From Entomortierella parvispora E1425 (Eukaryota; Fungi; Mortierellomycota), in assembly GCA_020891255.1 (NCBI GenBank), contig BQFW01000011.1:186001-250000 (forward strand): a DNA stretch of 64,000 nt. Direction: 5' to 3'. The position numbers and the translations under genes are program-made. The notes below the pieces were generated by a model. The model did no database searches, had not been told where the DNA came from, and was given only the letters and a program-made list of their open reading frames with translations. Positions 57,316 to 64,000 of the stretch are shown piece by piece (position 1 is the stretch's first letter; each line of letters starts with the position of its first letter).

Positions 57316-57963
57316 ATGAAGACCTCATTCATTATCGCCACCCTTGCCCTGGCCGTCTCCGTCTCTGCCCAGACCACCTCCGATGACGACCTCAGTGCCA
57401 AATGGTGCAAAGTGTACAACGATGCCTGTACCGCGGCATCGGCCGTCCATTGTGGCCAAAACTTTGTCCCCCAAAACAATGACTGCGTTTCATCCTTCGT
57501 GAACGGCAAGTGCACAGACTATCAGGTCGGCTGCATTTGTGCGACTGCTGCTGGTGTCGTGCTGAACGGCAACGTTGCTGTTTTGGAGACTACATTTTCT
57601 AGTAAGAATTCATGTTCTTGACTGCTCTTCATCTATTTCGACTAAATTACAAAAAAAAAAAAAAAAAAAAGGCGCGGTACTCACAGTAGTTTTTCCTATA
57701 CTCCTGCCCTTTTCTTTCTTCTTGGAATAGAGACACAGGGTGCTTGCTCTGATCTGCAAAGGCATACTGTCCCCATCAATGCCACCTCGCCCAGCACTTT
57801 GCCCGTCACCACTGGATCTACTGGAGCTGTCACTCCCACTTCATCAAGCTCTCTTCCATCAGGCACTGTTCCTCCTCAGAAGGGTAACAGCGCCAGTAAG
57901 ACTGCCACCAACTCTTTCCTGGCTGTCGCTGTTGCTGTCGGGGTTGCCGCCCTTGCGCTTTAA
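57316..57963 (+). CDS. Small secreted, probably GPI-anchored Cys-rich protein, one intron (57602-57730)
   Basis: Signal peptide MKTSFIIATLALAVSVSA; 8-Cys domain; Ser/Thr/Pro stalk; GNSAS followed by hydrophobic tail FLAVAVAVGVAALAL*. Confidence 0.85.
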
Positions 57964-58197
57964 TGTGCTGCCTGTAGTAAATATCTGAGACCTGCACAAT
58001 GAAGAAAAAGCCTAGAAGGGCTACATAATCCTCCTTTTCTTGTACTCCTCTTTTCGCCTCATTTCGGGCAACAATAAATCAAACGCCAATTCCATCTCTC
58101 CATATCCCAGTTCCTGACAGATACACCCTGGCAACTACAGAAGAAGGAGACGCTGCTGTGAGATCTTTTTTAGTAGAGCCATAGACCTCACTATATC

Positions 58198-59157
58198 TTA
58201 ATTTTTTTCGAACCGCTTGTCATTTAGCAGTTTCCATGCAGTCTTGCAGGACTTTTCACGACATCCCTTGAGAAAGCCAAGGGTTTGGTCATAATGCTGG
58301 CCAGGGAACACCTGCCTAATAGTCGCTTTTCTGCATCTGGAAATAAACGTGTTTGCAATCTCGGCCAGATTCTGACTGGCGGTACAGGATGCACATCCCT
58401 TGCCGGCCTTCCCAGTGGCGTCGCAGGGGGGTGAGTTACACACCTTGCCGACAGGGCAGCAACCTCTCTGTCCAGTACTGGTGATCCAGCAGTTGTAGCC
58501 TTTGGCGCAGCATCCGCCACCCTTGCAGCAACGCGAGTTCTTGGGGCAGCAAGAATTGTTCTCGCAACCAAACTGGTCTCTTCTGCAGCAGCCCGTCGAG
58601 TAGCACCAGGAGCCACTAGCGCAGCAACCCTTCTTGCAACAGTCACCACCCAAGGGGCAGCACTTGCTCTGGCTTCCGGGGCAAAATCCATAGTTCATTG
58701 GGCACGTAGCTAATACGAAGAACAAGGAGGGGAAGGAGGGGTTTTTTTTTCAGAAAAAAATTATGTTATTCGCTCAACGCGTGTCAACCCGCTCATTTAT
58801 AAATATTCGCGTTTTTACCTCCTCTCTTCTCCAAAGAGAAAGAACCAGAGTTCTCGTCTGAAAGTGGAGCAATGGCGTTAAAGATGAGTCCAGCCGCTTC
58901 AACTAGCTCATCGGTGCGGGAGTCTGCTTCAACAAAATGGTCAATAACTTGACAAAGGATTGGAGATAAAAGAGAGAAACAAACTGCTTCGACTCAGGAC
59001 TCGATTAAATACCTTGTCTTTTATCATTGTGGGAATAGAAGGGCCTGATCTCCTCGAAGATCAGAGGACTGACTTGGTCCTGGTCATCGGCGGGTGCAGG
59101 GCTAGTAGCAACAACCACGAAGAGGGCGGCAACAGTCATCAAAATGGAGAACTTCAT
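58198..59157 (-). CDS. Secreted Kex2-processed Cys-rich (CC-repeat) protein with a short basic helical C-terminal domain; 3 exons, 261 aa
   Basis: Exons 59157-59013, 58947-58819, 58709-58198 are phase-consistent (786 nt). Signal MKFSILMTVAALFVVVATS; DKR and EKR sites; many CC pairs. Confidence 0.85.
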
Positions 59158-59959
59158 GGTGATTGAAGTAAGAATATGAGATCAAAGGAATGGAGTGGAA
59201 AGGGATGAGTCCCTTAGAAGCAGCTGTGTTTGCCCCCTGTTTTATATTCCTGCCCGTTGAGATGGCGTCGGTTGACACTAACGGAACCGATCCATGGGTA
59301 GCCAAAATGCGTCGTGATGGAAGGGCACAAAAAATGCTCAGAGCGCCGCGTTCTTAGTGAAGGACCGTGTCTTTTACATGGTGTGGCTGCGTGAGGCAGT
59401 GCCTAGATCTCTTTTTTTTTTTTTTTTTGAGACGCTGTCCATTCCTCGCAATACGTGCTTGGGGGATTGGGTTCTTGACGTCTTCTTGCTGGATATAGGC
59501 TACGTTTGTTGGGATTGCATCAATTGATACCACCGATCCACCAATAGTAAGGGCGCTGTGATGAAAGAATTGAAAAAAAAATCCCATGAATGCATGAAAG
59601 ATCAAGCATTTTCCTGTTTGAGGCGGTGCCCGATTCTCTTTTTTTCAAAAAAAAAATTATTTCGAGACGCCGTCTATCCTGGCGAGGCATGCTTATGAGA
59701 TTGGAGTGACATTAGGATATCGGCGTCAACGGATGTATGGTTTGTGGTGTCATACAAGCTTTTTCATGCATCCATAGCGGAAGTGCTGTAGGCTGAGCAC
59801 GAGCAAGCTAATAAAACCCGAAATGGGGTCATGGTGCCGTAGTTCAGGTGAGAGAGATACCTCTGCGTAAAACCATTGAGTCTCTACGACGAGCAGAAAG
59901 CTCTCTTCGAGTATTTCCGAGATTTAGGAACCAGGGATCACAGAGCAAGCCCACCTTTC

Positions 59960-60150
59960 GCCACCAACCTGATGCCTTGCCACCAAAACTCGTGGCTCGT
60001 CACTACTTTGTTCGCGTCTTGCCACCAATCTAAAACCAACTCGTTGCCTTTGCCACTAATCTTTTGTTCCTTGCCACCAACCTCGCGGATCGCCACCAAT
60101 CTAGAACCAACTTTTTGCCTCGCCACTTACCTTTCGTGCCTCTCCACCAA
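59960..60150. repeat. Array of GCCACCAA motifs (5 exact plus 3 variants; one inverted copy at 60260-60267)
   Basis: Exact copies at 59960, 59979, 60021, 60073, 60092; variants at 60052, 60122, 60143. Confidence 0.85.
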
Positions 60151-61443
60151 TCTTGCTGCCAGCCTCACGCCCTCCCACCGATCGCATATCACACACGCAT
60201 CAGTCTCACGGATCTACCTAGCTAGAAAACCGGTCAGTTGATGGTGCAAAGTCCCAGCATTGGTGGCGCAAGGGTCATTTAGAGGTCCTTTTTGGTAGCA
60301 GTGTCCTGTCCTGGTACCTTCGTACGTTGGCTCAAGATATTCCTTTGGTGCGGATTTCTGACCATGCTCTTGGGAACCTGGGACCTCAGATAGGACTCGA
60401 AGCATTTCGACGTCAAAGTTGGTCCGTCGTGCTACGAGCCGTGTAAACCTGCGGACGATTGGAGGCGCCGTACTAATGCCGTGTGGAGCTGTGGGACCAA
60501 AAGTAAATTTTCTACTTTCATCACAAATGCTACCTACAGGGAATGCTCAGTTTGGCCCATGTCCAGTTCCGCGTGGACTTGGGCATACAGACACACGAGT
60601 GTGCCCCCGTCGTGGTTTCTACTCGAGTGATTTTTTTTTTCTTGCAGAGGGCGCGGTAGCCTCGGCTTTTTTTTTTCTGCTGCGCTGTTCACAGCAGCTC
60701 TGTGCAACAAAGGACTGCTTTTTGTTAGAAGGTGCAATATTGGGGGCCGTTCTTGGTCTGCCAGACTCGGGCTGGTTTTCAATGCTGCTGTCCTATTTTC
60801 TAGAAAGATTCAGGCTGGTCCAGCAAGTTTGGACTGCCATCCAGATCTGGGACGAACCCCATTTCTTGCAAGGGCGCGGGATGAAAGTTCTACAAAAAAA
60901 CGATACGCACACTTTGTTCTTCTTGGCGGACACGGGCGCGGTGAAATGCATTTCTAAGCAAAAAAAAAATTCCACAGGCATTGCATTTCATCATCTCCCT
61001 ATACAAGCTCTCTCCATGTGCTCTGCAATTGGTAGAGATGGCGGTGATACACATCTCTAGCATACCCAGGAACGTGAGTCGGAGCACGTCAGTTTCCCAT
61101 CCCCCTACAAGGGCGTGGTCTCCTCGCCCGCTCTCCCTTCCTCGATGAAAATGGGCAAATGATGGGTGCCATGTTGCCAGTATGATGTGGCGGAAGAAAA
61201 GCTTAAAACTCTATCGATGATAAAGCACGCAGAAAGTACTCCCATCTGACAAATACGCGAAGGGAAACCATGACGGTGGGATCCTTATATAGCCTCCGTG
61301 CAAGTGCGTTCGTCCTCAAGACCTATCTCTCAGATCTACACGAATTCTGTCTTCAACTCAGACGCCCCTCTCTCTCTATTACCAAAAAAAAAAAAAAAAA
61401 AAAAAAAACACCACTCTTCCAACACCCTCAAGCTTGCTCCCAC

Positions 61444-64000
61444 ATGGTGCCCTTTTGCGATGCTGAAGGATGGGGTCCTGTGAGCTCCACAAGAGTGTTA
61501 GACGTTACCACCTGTGTTCAGGACAGGTAACGGCTCAATTAACACATGTCCGCTGCAATGTTGACTCACAGCAATGACTTAACCATCTTCTCGTATTCGA
61601 TTTGTAGTGTCCTACTGGTGTTACCGAGCGCAACCTTCTTGATAGCAGCATTCCCTCGGTTTTTCATTGTTCTATCCAAGGGTTCCCTCGAAGGCGTCAC
61701 TTCAACACCCGCCTTCCGAGCCAAGACCACGGCCATTGTTGCTGCCTTTGTACTGCAGGTTGCGCTTCTTGCCATTATCGTCCAGAGCAATGTCTACGCT
61801 TCTTCAGCCATTCTAAGTTCTGTGCTGTATCTGCTCTCGATTGTAAGTGTATTGAAGCAATCTAAGCCCATCCATACACACCGAGAACCTGTCGCTAATA
61901 TCTCTCGATGGCTATATTGTGATTAGTTGACCGCCTTTGCGCTACACAATGCAGAGCACTTCAACATGCCCAATCCCTCTGGCACCTTACTACTGTACTG
62001 GCTGTTCACGGCACTATTTTCCATCTTTCCAACCAGAACGTGGATTCAAAAGTCGCCCAATGGTCTCGCAGACCCATTACCATTGCTGAAGCTTCTCTTC
62101 ACCATCGTGACCTTCGTTGTATTTGGCCTGGAAAACATCTCAAAGTCCTGCCACCAGGAGCTGAAGCGCCCCAACGTTGAGAAGGTGGTGCAGGCAAACC
62201 CTTCTCCCGAGGCCTCCTCCAACTTCTTTGTCCGTATGACGTTCCTCTGGCTTCTTCCGTTGCTCAACAAGGGTACAAAAAAGACGCTCCGAATGGATGA
62301 CATCTGGGCACTGCACCCCAAGTTGCTGTCGTTCCCTCTTTTCCTCGCCAGTCAAGCCAAGATTGATGCCGACGAAGCCATTGCCCGCCAACGCGCCCAG
62401 AAGAAAAAGGCAGAACGTGCCGACAGTACCCCCTCCGAACAGCCATACTCGATTGACCTCTACAGTGTCCTCATGAGCACAGTGGGCTGGAGCTTCTGGA
62501 GTGCTGCTATCCCTCGCCTCCTCTACATTGCTACATTGTACATCCGACCTGTCTTCTTCACGAGCCTGCTGAATTTTTTATCAAGCTACAGCGCCAATTC
62601 GGTGGCAGGTAGTGAGCCTGAAGCGTGGAAAGGCTACGGCTATGTTATCGCCATTTTTGTCTCTGCGGTCCTTAGTGGTATCTTCAACGCCCAGTTCTCG
62701 AACATCTGCTTTCAGTCGTCGATGAAGGCCCGAAGCGCTCTTGTTAGTCTGATCTACCGGAAGGCACTGCGTCTAAGCTCGACCAACAAGCAAGAAGGCA
62801 TAGGCTCGATTGTCAACCACATGAGCGCGGACGTTGACCGCATCCTCTTGATCTTCACAAACATCTATTTCTTTGCGAGCGGTATTATCGAACTTGCTGT
62901 GGTCGCCTACCTTCTCTACCAACAGATCAAGTATTCAATGATTGCTGCCGTTGGCGTCGTGATTTTGATTATCACTGCGTGCGGGGGCATGGCACCTGCA
63001 ATTCGCGCTTCCCAAGAGCTCATCATGGTCCATGCCGACAAGAGAATGAAGCTGATCAGTGAGCTGGTCAACTCCATAAAGTCCACCAAGTTGTACGCCT
63101 GGGAGCAATACTTTGTCAAGAACATTACCGAGTCGCGCTACATTCAACTTCACTTTGTCAGGATTTATTACATTTGGACAGCAGTCAGCGCAACACTGCT
63201 CTATTCTGCCACCACCATCGCCTCGTTTGCTGCTCTGTCCATCTACGCCGCAATCGCCACTCCCGGAATGCCTCTGGATATCACCCGCATGTTCAGCGCC
63301 CTTACCTATATCAACATGATGGGAACTCCGCTCCTCCAGACCAAAACTGCCATCCCCATTATTATTAGTGGCAAAGTGTCGTACACCCGTATCAAATCGT
63401 TCCTCGAATCTGAAGAGATCAACCCCGACAATGTTGTGCGCATTCCACAAGCAGGTGCCTCTGATGTTGCGTACGAGGTCAAGAACGGCACTTTTGGCTG
63501 GTACACCCTTGAAGCCATCAAAAAAACGAATGGGAGGCGCGAGAACGAAGCCAGGGAAAAGGCAGAGAAGGCGACCAAGGAACCAGAGATGATGTTGGAT
63601 AGCGCCTCTCAACTGGACACGGACAAAAGGACAGATGAGGCAACACAGGATTCTTTGGGCCCGGTGCTCCATGATGTGTCGTTCACCGTCAAACGAGGTT
63701 CGTTGACGGCTGTCGTTGGTCGAGTCGGTCAAGGCAAGTCGTCCTTAGCCGGTGCCCTTCTTGGCGAGATGTACAAGTACAGTGGTTCTGTAATTGCCTA
63801 TGGTTCGCTTGCCTATGTAGCCCAGTCCGCTTGGATCCTCAATGACACCGTCCGCAACAACATCTTATTTGGTCACGAGTACAACAAGGAGCGATACCTG
63901 CAAGTAATCAAGGCCTGTGCCTTGATCTCTGACTTCAAGATGCTCGTCAATGGCGACCAGACACTGATTGGTGAAAAGGTAAGCAAAAGTGGGCTGTGAT
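61444..64000 (+). CDS. ABCC/MRP-type ABC transporter, 5' part; continues beyond the window
   Basis: N-terminal FC..EGWGPVS..R..D.T.C (TMD0); SPEASSNFFVRMTFLWLLPLL; TMD1; Walker A GRVGQGKSS; AYVAQSAWILNDTVRNNILFG; GDQTLIGEK followed by an intron donor at ~63979. Confidence 0.95.

Noticed and set aside
59960-60150. Possible CRISPR-like repeat-spacer array
   Set aside because: The repeat is only 8 bp, spacers are irregular and similar to each other, the context is eukaryotic, and no cas genes are present.
1-64000. tRNA or rRNA genes
   Set aside because: None recognised; a tRNAscan-SE/Infernal run would be needed to exclude them.

Overview
Eukaryotic fungal genomic DNA: spliceosomal GT-AG introns, many poly(A/T) runs, and gene families typical of Mortierellaceae/Mucoromycota (taxon is inference). 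The main signal is a nested mobile-element complex at about 8.7-19.1 kb. A decayed Ty3/gypsy pol is split in its integrase by an ~8.5-kb insert. The insert carries a very large (>=1,575 codons), 4-intron Fanzor/TnpB-like gene with the Fanzor-type rearranged RuvC triad and a hairpin-rich 3' end resembling an omegaRNA scaffold. That gene is disabled by one nonsense codon and by three non-LTR retrotransposon insertions stacked at one ~17-bp site. Elsewhere: a chimeric VIT-vWA gene with three intron-bounded WGR-like repeats, and many secreted or antagonism-type genes (GH46 chitosanase, GH24 lysozyme with catalytic Glu->Gln, KP4-like protein, Cys-rich protein with a possible toxin-like tail, M13 peptidase, orphan secreted proteins). 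Also present: Crinkler-like relics, a histidine phosphatase, an alpha/beta hydrolase, a choline/ethanolamine kinase-like gene, a UraA/RutG-type permease, an Amt/Mep transporter, an RTA1 protein, a Zn2Cys6 factor and the 5' part of an ABCC transporter. All family calls come from motif recognition by eye; no database search was run.
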